A stretch of DNA of 64,000 bases from contig JBLDXI010000028.1 of assembly GCA_047495785.1 (NCBI GenBank), positions 1,178,001 through 1,242,000 on the forward strand, written 5' to 3'. This document shows positions 35,959 to 46,900 of the stretch, one piece after another (the first letter of the stretch is position 1; every line of letters begins with the position of its first letter). This stretch comes from Lepidodermella squamata. Its lineage: Eukaryota; Animalia; Gastrotricha. Position numbers and translations under genes: made by a program. Under the pieces are notes generated by a model that was given only the letters and a program-made list of their open reading frames with translations, had not been told where the DNA came from and did not search any database.

Positions 35959-38846
35959 ATGTCGGTTCTTGAAGCAGTAAATTCTTGCCCGAATCTTGAA
36001 GAAACTGACAAGAAGGCGTTGGTTAAACGTTTGCAAGGTGAGCAATTAATTTGAGGCCAGAGGTTTAATAAAAAATGGCCTAATTTGCGTATTCATTTTT
36101 TTATTCAGAAGAGGAAGTTTCTCTAAGCGTATTACAGATGATGACTGAGGAGGAATTGAAGAAAACCTTTCCGAAATTTGGCTGGCTCTGTTCCGCCAAG
36201 TGTCTCATCGGCCACCTTAAGAAGAGATCAGCAGTGAGTGAATTAGTTTCCAATAAATTATTTCATTTCGCACGATTTTTGTCCGCAAATAGACCACCAA
36301 GAAACCATTGCTATCTCCTTCAAAGAAGCGTGAATGGGTGTTTGACGTGGACAAAATGAAGATCGACTCGAGTGTCTATTACGAATTGACGGAATGCGAG
36401 CAGAGGTTGATGTGTACGTATTCAGCGTTTTGCAGTTACGCCGCCGAGGCGTTGATCGAACAGAACCCGCTCGAAGCTGGGCAGGAGTACGATCGCGAGA
36501 CTTACAGCGTTATGGTGACGGCCATCAACGAAAAGCTCAACCAATTATTCCAATCGGACATACAAAAGGTAAGGTCTCTACTAAAGTCTCTTCTAAAATA
36601 ATGTTTCCGAAAACATGATCAACACTGATATTAAATTTTAAATTATTTTATGATGTTACCTATCTATATTTATATTTTCAAGAAGTTTGAGAATTTGTCG
36701 GAAATCAAGATTGAGGGCTAAAAATGAGGGAGAATTTTCGGAAATTTAGAAATATGGAGAAATTGGGCTTTTCATAATTTTCCATTAATTTCCAATTCCT
36801 TGACAATTCCTGACCTAATCGACCCTAAAAATACCCGACATTTAATCGGATCGAATTCGATAGAATTAAAATCGATGAGCCAGTGCTGCAGAAGTTTTTT
36901 TGGAGATTTCTCTCGAATTTCGGTCTATCCACAAAATCGGATAGACCGAAATCACATTGTAAGTTCCGGAATTTGGTTGTCGAGAAAGACTCTTCAGCAG
37001 AAGTTTTTCAGCCCTGTTTGAATTGCTTTAAGCTAGAGCGTAATGAAACCAAAGGAGCTCCGAACTTCTCAGGATAAAATCGATCAGTTCTTCGGGCTGA
37101 GAATTGACCGAGGCTGGAAGGGAGGGAGGGGGCATGTTCAGTTTCCAGGTTTACGACTCGGCTTGCTCGTTCCTTGGGAATGAAAATGGCAGAAAGCCGC
37201 CGCTGCGTCTGCATGAGACTTCGTTTTTGAGCCATGTAGGACACATTCATTTTCTGAGCCGCATTTTTTCGTTGAACTGAGTAGACGCTGTGACACGAAA
37301 ATTTAGTGCTTCGTTGAACTAGGCGATTCCGATCGATTGCTATGGTTTCGTTTGCGAGTGAGAAAAATAGGGTCATCACGTAACGGGATAATTCATGACC
37401 TTTATCAACCAGCAAGTCATGGTGGTAGAAGAGTGGGTTCTTTTCACGCGCGACCGGCTGACCATCGGGTTGCAGCATTGACGGGACTTCTGCTGCTGTA
37501 TATCATCGGCTTCATATGTCAATGCGTGAAGCGTATCATTAGGCGCGACGGGCATTGTTGGAAGTTTTGCAGTATTGCTAAAGGTTTCGAAGCAGCAAGC
37601 TTCCAGTCGACTCTGGTTTTGAGTTTCATTTCAGGGAATACCGTTCGACCCTCTCCCATAACTTGGCCGTTGAGAGTTTTGCAGCTGATTGCAGCTGATT
37701 TTGAAAGATCACTTGATCCATCGCTTTTTTCATTATCAGTGTGATCCCATCGATCCCGCCGATTGCTTTCGCTGACCTGCAAATCGAGGCATCGATAGGC
37801 CGTATTTTCCTGTAGGAAGAAGGATTTTAAATAGCAACAGGAGCGAGGCAGTTTTTGAGCCGCGATTTCTTGAGGCGTAATTGTTCGTTGAACTGAATTG
37901 GAGCTGTTTCGAAATAATTGATTGATCCAAGTGATTCGGGCGGTTGCAGATAGTAGCCAGTTCGGAAGTTCTTCGAGTGTGGAAGAGGTTTCCATTCGAT
38001 ACAAAAGGTTCGTAATATGTGGCGGTGGTAGTGGCGGCTAACTCGTTCCAGAAGACTCAGTCCAATTCAAAACAGAACTTGAACGCCGCTTTATAGTTAA
38101 TTTATGAAATTAAATTAAATAGTATAACTGGGTCCCCACAAAGTAGGGAACATTTAGTAAAAGGCTAAGAAAAAGGCTTCAAATTAAACGCTTCAAAGCA
38201 GCAAGGTCTCCATGTAAATTAAAAATAGGCTTCGAAGTAAAATTAACGTCATAAACGAGATAAATTAACACGTGTTAAACCAAGGCTGCTTAATAGTGGT
38301 GGCATGCAAGTTGTGACTTTTGTGATGCAATTAGGACACTTTTTGAGGTGCGCAACCAAGTGGAACATTTTTTATTTGCTTGCTTTTTAATTTATTTTAT
38401 TGAGATTTAAGGCCTACGTAAGTGATAAGGCTATCAAGGTATGTAACGAAATCACATGGCTTTTCAATACACAATTTTGCAATCGGACTTTATTCTGCGA
38501 GCGCCGCTTTTTCACATTCGTTTCACAAAATCTAAATTATTAGTCACTTATCAATTTTTCAAATTTGCAATTTTAGGCGAAATTTCGTGAAGACGTCTCC
38601 GAGCGCGTGCAATATCGACTGCGTTGCAAACGCCAAGGCAAGCAGACCAGATTCCAGGCGAGAAAATCAGCCACTGGCGCGAGACAAGTTGCTCACCAAC
38701 CAGGTCCATCACCTTCAAAAATGAAGCGGCCCTCGTCGTTGAAAGTTCACGGAACTATGAGTGAGATTGGAAGCTCTTTCAAAAGCAGCGAATTTTTTCT
38801 CCGCATCAAAAACATGAAAGAAGACGATGATGATGAGGAAATTTGA
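35959..38846 (+). CDS. SAM-like domain protein, about 249 aa, with basic/acidic tail
   Basis: Phase-consistent exons 35959-36037, 36109-36233, 36293-36568, 38577-38846; EEVSLSVLQMMTEEELKKTFPKFG resembles a SAM core. Confidence 0.6.
37000..38050 (-). mobile_element. Possible decayed retroelement (BEL/Pao-like?) in an intron
   Basis: Broken ORFs 37008-37478 and 37519-38004; LLSATARITWI..RTITPQEI weakly recalls the Pao RNaseH-integrase linker. Confidence 0.2.
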
Positions 38847-39012
38847 ACAATTTTCGCTTTATTTTATAAACGATTGAAATAATAATGTCAACATTTTAGC
38901 CAAAGTAGGACCATTTTATATTGAAAAACGTGACGCCCTAAGCTAACAATATGTCGCCTAAATTTGCTCAAGTGAATGAAACGTGAAGTTTTCGAAATTT
39001 TTCTAAAATAAA

Positions 39013-41309
39013 ATGCTGCTTTTCCTTGCATTTTTACTGTTAATTTTTTCGAACTCTCACGCGAAAAAAGTTGTGACTACAGCGCAGTGTATCGAGGGTG
39101 TCAACATACCAATCACCGAATGGTCGCCCGGATTCACCTATGGCACCTACCCCTACAACACCATACAGACGTATTATTTCGTCTCGGAGCCGAGGACCTG
39201 TATTAACATAACCTTCAGATTATTCGACCTTGAAACCAGCCCAGGTTGCGTCAAGGACTACGTGGCGATCTACGACGGCGCCAGCACCCAGGCCCCTCGC
39301 CTCGCCCGGGCTTGCGGCGCGTCTTTGACCTCAGTTAAATTATCATCCCGCAACGCATTGACGCTTGTCTTCAATAGCGATGCCGAGGGAAGTAACGGGC
39401 GTGGCTTCGAGGCTGAATTACTGGCGTTTCCTTGCGATTTTCCGGCGAAAGGGTCGCGAAATTTTGACGATAGTTTGCCGTTGCCGCGGTGTATTGGCAC
39501 GGTTGTTACGAATAAGCATGCGACGCTGGCAACGCCTGGTTTTTCGACCGGATCTTACCCGTTAAATGTTCACAAAACTTACCTGATTGTATCAGCCAGT
39601 TTCACGTGTATTCAGCTGAGACTGAAAAGTGAGTTTAAAATTTTTCCCTGGTCAAAACACTTCAACAAGGAATTGGAAATAAATTGTCTAAAAAATTATC
39701 ATTAATTTTATAGATTTTAGACATTTTTTCCTGCTGACTGTTCCATGTTTACCTGTATTGAAATTTCGAAAATCTCAATAATAAATAATTTTTCAAATTT
39801 TTGAAAAAAGTCGAAAAATGACCAATTTCAGAAATAGCACCAGGGGATCCTGCCCACGAAATTAATTTTTTTACGTCTAATTAAATTATTATAAATTCCA
39901 GGATTTTTCCGGTGAAGCTAGGTCAAGTGCGCTTCCGATTTTTTTCCTTTTTTCTCTGATTTTTTCAGCAAAAAAATTTAATTGAAATAAAAAGAAAAAT
40001 CCTTTTACCCCTCAAAATTATGGGTTGAAATAATCTTTAAGGTGGAACATTTTCTTATAATTTTGTAGCTGTTGAGCTTGAGAGCAGTCAAAAGTGCTCG
40101 AAGGACTATTTCGCAGTCTACGACGGCACCAACCCTAGATCGCCAACAAAACTGGTCACCTGCGGAACGTATTACCGATCGCGCCAACTCCCTGAACCGG
40201 TTCAAACGTCGAGCAATGTCGTTTTTCTGGTTTTCCACAGCGATGAAAATTATGCGAATGGCATCGGGGTAGAGGCTGAACTGTCGGTGATACATTGCCG
40301 GCGATCCCATAGTGAACCTATTCCAAGCAATATTACACCTAGACGTAAGTTCCATTGGAGGAAATTGAAAATTATGACAATTCTTTTGAATTTTCTAGAA
40401 CTCATTTATAGCGCGCAAAATGCTAAACCAACTTGTGGAGAGCCATTTTACGACCCAGCCGATCCCCTAGGACGGCCGAAGGGTGCCGATGAAACCTACG
40501 CAATACCCCATTCGTGGCCTTGGCATGTCATGATTCGACTCAAGTTCTTAAACTTTTCATAATATCGTACAATTTAAAAAAAATTAATTTTTCAGTGGGG
40601 TACATATTTGCGACGGAATCTTAATTTCATTCCGAGCAGTGTTGACCGCAGCTCATTGCTTCAAAATATTCGCCGAAGATCCAATCAGCTTCGAATTATG
40701 GCTAGGCAAGCATTACAAAGACGGCGCTTACGAAAGCGGCCGGGAGCAACGCATCACCCCACTATCGATCACCCTGCACCCGAACTACACCCGTTTTTTT
40801 CACTACAACAATGACCTGGCAGTTATTCGCCTAGCAGCGCCCGGCGTGAGACAGACAACGGTTGTCCAACCGATTTGTTTGCCGAAGGTTGATAAGGCTG
40901 AAAATTTCCCGCCGCACGGCAGTCATTGTATGGTTGTTGGGTTTGCGAAAAATGACCCGGTAACTATGCGGCTCCCTCTGAAACAACTCAATACAACAGT
41001 TTTCTACTCACAAGAATGCTCCTTGATGGATTCTTCTATGGGGGTAATTTTTAGCTCACCTTCCGTTGGATGAATTTGAATATTTTAATTTATTTTAATT
41101 AGCCACTTTTGAACTCCGGCTTGTTATGCGGCAATTCGAAAAACGGCTGCGATTTCTGCCAAGATGGAGCTGCGCTAATGTGCCGGCAAAACGAAAGCTG
41201 GTACCTCGCTGGAACCCTTCTGTACGGCTTCGACTGGAACCCATCGTCCCAAGCTGTTTTCGTTAGAACGTCCAGTCATATTGCATGGCTTCAGAAAAAC
41301 GCTAATTAA
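39013..41309 (+). CDS. CUB-CUB-trypsin-like serine protease homolog (ovochymase-like), catalytic Ser motif absent
   Basis: Signal peptide; CUB motifs SPGF..YP, FDLE..CVKDYVAIYDG, FNSD..GF; exons about 39013-39628, 40069-40344, 40399-40543, 40596-41043, 41103-41309; SWPW, LTAAHC, NDLAVIRL, PICLP; CQDGAALMC in place of GDSGGP. Confidence 0.85.
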
Positions 41310-41381
41310 TTTGTTACTGTTTTTTTTCACATGTTTTTTCAAATAAATTTTTCAGAAAACTCCTCTCCTACAGTCTCATTA

Positions 41382-41954
41382 CCAGTGCTTTGGGACAGCA
41401 AGTCGTACTCGATGACACATCATTTTGCTGCTAAAAACACAAAGACGTACGCGGCTAATCGATTATATATGCTATTAATATCTGCATTTAAATGTCTTTT
41501 AGTCACGTGCAACAGGTGTCGAGTTATTTTCGACTATTTGTTCAAACATTAGCCACCATAGAATGTACTAGGCATGTACAGGGTGGCCAAAAAGTTGGGC
41601 AGAAGGCGAATTCGATGCGTAACTATCAATGAGGAGTTTCAAGAAATTGAGGAGTTCCATTGGCAAAGGAATGCTTGAAATTCTTCAACTTCTTAAAAGT
41701 CCACATTAACTTGATACGCATCGAATTCGCCTTCTGCCCAACTTTTTGGCCACCCTGTACATGCCTAGTACATTCTATGGTGGCTAATGTTTGAACAAAT
41801 AGTCGAAAATAACTCGACACCTGTTGCACGTGACTAAAAGACATTTAAATGCAGATATTAATAGCATATATAATCGATTAGCCGCGTACGTCTTTGTGTT
41901 TTTAGCAGCAAAATGATGTGTCATCGAGTACGACTTGCTGTCCCAAAGCACTGG
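41382..41954. repeat. 240-bp inverted repeat with 93-bp spacer, centred on a 179-bp mariner-like MITE (41579-41757)
   Basis: 41382-41621 is the reverse complement of 41715-41954; inner TA|CAGGGTGGCC ... GGCCACCCTG|TA. Confidence 0.9.
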
Positions 41955-42037
41955 CTTGACTCCATAAATACCACCGATATTCCGCTGAAACTATCAATTT
42001 CAATCCTTCTGTCAAGATTCGTAATTTCATTATTAAA

Positions 42038-42343
42038 ATGGCTAGATCTTTGCTGTCTGCATGTGTTATCATGGTGGTCATTTCAGCTATTGCAGCGCAG
42101 AGCAGTGTTCCTGGCTACAGGTATTCTTCAAAGAGTTGCGCATGGACTACTAACCAGATTGGCAACGACATAGCGAATGTTCCGGATGTCAATGCGTGTG
42201 CTGCCAAGTGCAACGCTAACAAAAATTGCCGGGCTTTCGAGGCTGACATCAATCTCCGCTTCTGTCGGTTGTTCTCAAGCTGTGTCGGCAAGCTCAACAT
42301 TGTCGATGGTGGATTATTCCATAAGAACTACGCCAAGAACTGA
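42038..42343 (+). CDS. Small secreted PAN/apple-domain protein
   Basis: Signal peptide; GNDI..DVNACAAKCNANKNCRAFE..CRLFS pattern; CATAAATA TATA-like site at about 41963. Confidence 0.8.
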   Translation: MARSLLSACVIMVVISAIAAQSSVPGYRYSSKSCAWTTNQIGNDIANVPDVNACAAKCNANKNCRAFEADINLRFCRLFSSCVGKLNIVDGGLFHKNYAKN

Positions 42344-43107
42344 TGTTATAGACAGAGCGGTTTACGTGTTGAGTTTTCAGACTTTCCGGATGCGTGAGAA
42401 GTGAGAACTAGGTATGCAAAAGCATTTAACCGAAATTGAGAGGTCGCTGTTATATTCCCTGCACCAAATCTAAATGTCTTAATATTCAGCTTTAGACAGC
42501 GCTCGTGCCAGCCATATCACGTGTCGCCTGTCATTACAATTAATTACCCGATTTAGCTTCCTGGTTGCAATAAAATCCCGAGAGAAACTACAATAAAATA
42601 TGTGAGAAGAACCGATTTCTTATTTGGCATTCAGTCTAATAGAAGATGTAGGAAGAACTCAGGGCAAGCATAGGGCAAGGGTTATCAACCTTTCATTAGC
42701 GCCGAGACCTGTCGTTCATGATCGATTGTGACTCCCGAATAGATAAGTGTACCAGAAAACAGATGTACGATCGATCATGAAATTCTCACTTTTGTTATGT
42801 GCTGCTGTCAGATGTAACAAATGGGGTCCCAAATCGATGCACCCTTTTTGCAAGGTAAAAATTGAACTTGGCAGCAAGGGTAATTTTTGTTTCCATCAAC
42901 TAGTATTGGTCGATAACAATCCATAAAAAATGAATATCCTCGCGCAATATCCTGTTCAGGTACTTCAGAAGCGTTTCAAATTTCGAAACAAATATATTTG
43001 TTTATTTACGTTTTTCTAAGCAGCTCCAAGGCATAACAGCTGATTTAACCCATTACAATTTGAAAAATGACCATTTCTACTCTTCTCAAAAAAAAACTTT
43101 CTAGGAC

Positions 43108-43490
43108 TGGGACTCGGCGAAACTGACCGGGCGGCCTGGCTTCGACGGCGGATCGCCTCAATCCATCCAAGTTCACGTGTTTGAAACCGGCAAAAAGCCG
43201 GAATTGGACGAAACCGTTTGAATTAGAGCTCATTTTCATGTATTTAAATTATTTTGAATGCTTTAATTTACCAGCCACTTATGATTTCTGGCTCGCTATG
43301 CGGCTGCGATTTCTGCCAAGATGGAGCTGCGCTAATGTGCCGGCAAAACGAGACCTGGTACCTCAACCCTTCTGTACGGCTTCGGCTGGAACCCATCGTC
43401 CCCAGCAGTTTTTGCTAGAACGTCCAGGCATATTCCGTGGCTTCAGAAAAACGCCAATTAACTTGTTTCACAAATTTTTCAAATAAAATT
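43108..43490 (+). pseudogene. Chimeric duplicate: inverted FN3 fragment of the Ig receptor plus last exon of the CUB-protease gene
   Basis: 43108-43216 resembles the reverse complement of 45169-45277; 43273-43490 resembles 41101-41350 with deletions. Confidence 0.85.
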
Positions 43491-43960
43491 GCCAGGAAAC
43501 GACAGTAATTTTTTAAAAGACGCAATTTATCGTATGATTTCAGATTTTTTATTATTCAAAAATGTTCAATTTTTTCCGATCAATCAAAAATCATCTGTTC
43601 ATCAATTGCGCGGCGAAAGAATAATCAATCATCGATTTTTTTCGTCTATACAATAAGGAGACACCAAAAAAGCTATGATAATGTATTATTATAGAACAAG
43701 ATATTAAAACGAAAAATCGTCATCATCACAAAAAAAGCGCCACATTTATTAATTTTTTCATCAATTTACTTGCCGCTATTTTCCGTTTAATAGTGACAAG
43801 ACTAGCAGTCGACAACAATAATAAGACGATATCATATCTTCGGAAGATTACTTTTTCATTGTATTTGTTAATTTTTTCGAGTAGCTTTTGAGCAAAAAAA
43901 AACGAGTGAGAGTTGAAAACAGGAAGATCGAGTCGCAACAAGATGAAGAATAAAATTAAT

Positions 43961-46900
43961 CTACACTACGACTTCATAGCGCACCCTGCGATTCTGGCCG
44001 GTCGGATCCGGCGTTTGGCAAGCATTTAGCTGTTGCTGATTGTACGGCGTTATCAACGGCCCAGACGACGAGTGATCACTGTGGTTGTCAGCAACAGGTT
44101 GCTGCTGTTGCTGCTGACATATTCGTCGCAAAACCGCGGTTAGATCTTCATTCCCGTTACCAGGAACTATGCCCGAATCATCCACGCCATGGATGACTGC
44201 GGATTCGGTTGAGGCGGTCGACGATTGCGACCAGCCGTTCATTTGGTAGTGATGCGGCACGAACGACGAGGCGAGGTGGTGGTGGTACGTATGGCCATGC
44301 ACTAATTCGGACATATCCAGCGGGCTGGAACCGGAGCCGGAACTGTGTTGCTGAACCGTGACTACAGAATCAATCGCCGCGTAGCACCCGCCCGACCCGG
44401 CTGACAGCAGAACAGGCTTCGTCGACCCGTCATCGGAGCCGCGGCTCGACGTGCCCGAACTTATTGCTCGGTTGTAGTCTTTATCGCGCGAAATCGCCGC
44501 CTTCCGCCGCCGGCAGACTACGATAATCGAGACCAGGAGTAAGATCACCGTCGCTGCAATGCCAGCCGCTACGCCGAGGATGAGTGCCTGGGTCGAGAGG
44601 AGCCCGGGCGATGACACCCCTTCATGCGCATCGAACGGGTCGAATTTCGCCGGGTCGAAGGTGGATGCCTGGGCTGAGACAAGGCCGGTGCACTGCTTCG
44701 GCCTGTCCGTCACGCATAGCTGAACAGCAATTGCGACAGCGCCCACTGACCACGATCCTAACGAAATGACGCCCTTCCTCGCCGGAACGCAATCGTCAAG
44801 CCACGACCAACTACGGCCGGCGTCTAGCGTTTTAGCCACCCGAACGCATAGCCTCGCATCGGCTGGGCTCAACTGCAGGGCGTTTGCGAATGGGTTGAAA
44901 AAAACATCGCGCGGTTCGGTGAGATTAGGGGTCGAAAACCGGGCGACATCCCCTGACAACTCGCCCGCGCCGTGTTGGTTAACGCCGCGTAGGTGAACCT
45001 CGTAACTCGAGCCAGGCAGCAAATCTGTGATGTTCAACTCATGCGTAGCCGTTTCTTCGACATCTTCGATAATCAACGCGTCGTTATCTTCAGTCAAACC
45101 GATCATTCCGAGAATTTTCGCGCTCGATGGCTTCAGCTGGACGGTGAATGTTTTGATCGGTAACTTTTCGGTTTCGTCCATTTCCGGCTTTTTCCCGACT
45201 TCAAACACGTGAACTTCGATCGATTGCGGCGATCCGCCGTCGAAGCCCGGCCGCCAGGTCAGTTTCGCCGAGTCCCAACTGGTGGAAATAGCTGAGAGCA
45301 CGCGAGGCGCATCTGGGACGCCTGGTTCGACCAGTCTCAGGATGGTATCGCTAGTTCGGCCTTGGTCGTTTTCGGCGCGGATTGTGTACAGGCCGAAGTC
45401 TTTATCCGAGACTTGGTGGATGACGAGTTGAGATTCGAAGACTTCACGCCTCGTTGAACCACGTTCGGTGACGAAATAGCGACCGGACGTGTTCGAGATG
45501 TGATTACCGTCCTTGGACCAGTAAAAACGCGGTTTCGAAGCGGAATAGACAAGGAATCGAAGCCTGGCAGACCGGCCCATGGTCGCCGAAAATTTCGAAA
45601 AAGTCGTGATCGGCACAGGAGGATCTGAAATATTAAAAAATAATTTATAATTTTATTTTCAAATAACTTTCAACATTTTCACGACGGGCTGAAATTGCTC
45701 ATTTCAAAATTATTTTTAAATTTAAAATTTTGAATTTCAGAAAAAAAAATTAATTTTAAAAAACTTTAATTTAACTTTATCAATAATGATCAAATTTTGG
45801 GTTTTCAATTTCATTTTTTAAAGATTTGAACTTACAAAGAACAGTGACCGTCGTTTGGCTGGTTGACACGCCCAATTTGTTCTCAGCTTTACACGAATAC
45901 AGGCCCGAATCGTTGCGGCCGAGACCGTTGTGCGAAAACCTCAGCGACGATTCGATTTGAAACAACCCTCGCTTCATAACCGGATCAGCCGTAACAATCG
46001 TGTACTCTTCAGGAATCGCAATGCTGTTAGCCACCTTGTGAGTATCTTCCACGAATGAATGGCCATTTCGTTGCCAGGTGACAACTGGAGCTGGATTGCC
46101 GGCAGCAGTGCATGTCAACGTGAAATCTTGCGCCTTCCACAACGGCCGTTGGCTGTGGACGAGGGGTGTCACCCAACGGGGTTGTTCGTGAACGACAAGG
46201 GTGACAATGGCCGGGGTGCCTCGGCCGTACTTGTTTTCAGCCAAGCATTCGTAGAGACCAGCAACTCGTTCAGCAGCGACGTTTTCCATGCGAAGCTCAG
46301 CAGTTGTGCCCGAGCTACGGCCGACAGCTGATCGAGAGTGGCTGGTTTCAGAGTTATCGGGTAACCGGTACCAAGAGACAGTACCACCTGGGTTGCCGAG
46401 ATCGTCGACTTCGCAGAATAGGCGAACAGATTCTCCGGCGGCGACCGTTACAACAGCCCCATTGGTGATACGGGCCTTGCCGGGTGGGTACAAAACATCA
46501 ATTTCGACTTGTTTGACATCGCTGCCTTCTTCAGATTCGACCTTGGTTGAAACGCCGGGAGATGACTGGATAAAACAATAACATCATTATTATCAAGAGG
46601 ATCCAAGGCAGATCAAAGGCAGATCAAAATATATTCGGTTCAAAATAAGGACCAGGTGGATCAAGATCAGAATCAATTTCAGATCAGATTTGGATCAAAA
46701 TTTGTAATTTGATCTAAACCAGAATCAAATTCAGATCAAAGATTGATCAATTTCTCAAGTTTGATCAACTACCGGATCAATTGCTCAATTTCAGATCAAA
46801 ATTCATTTTTGATATTTCTTTATATTTACCTGGTAGACCATGGTGTTTCGAGCCTCACAGGCGTAAACTCCAGCATCTTTCCGCGAAACCGGTTCAACAG

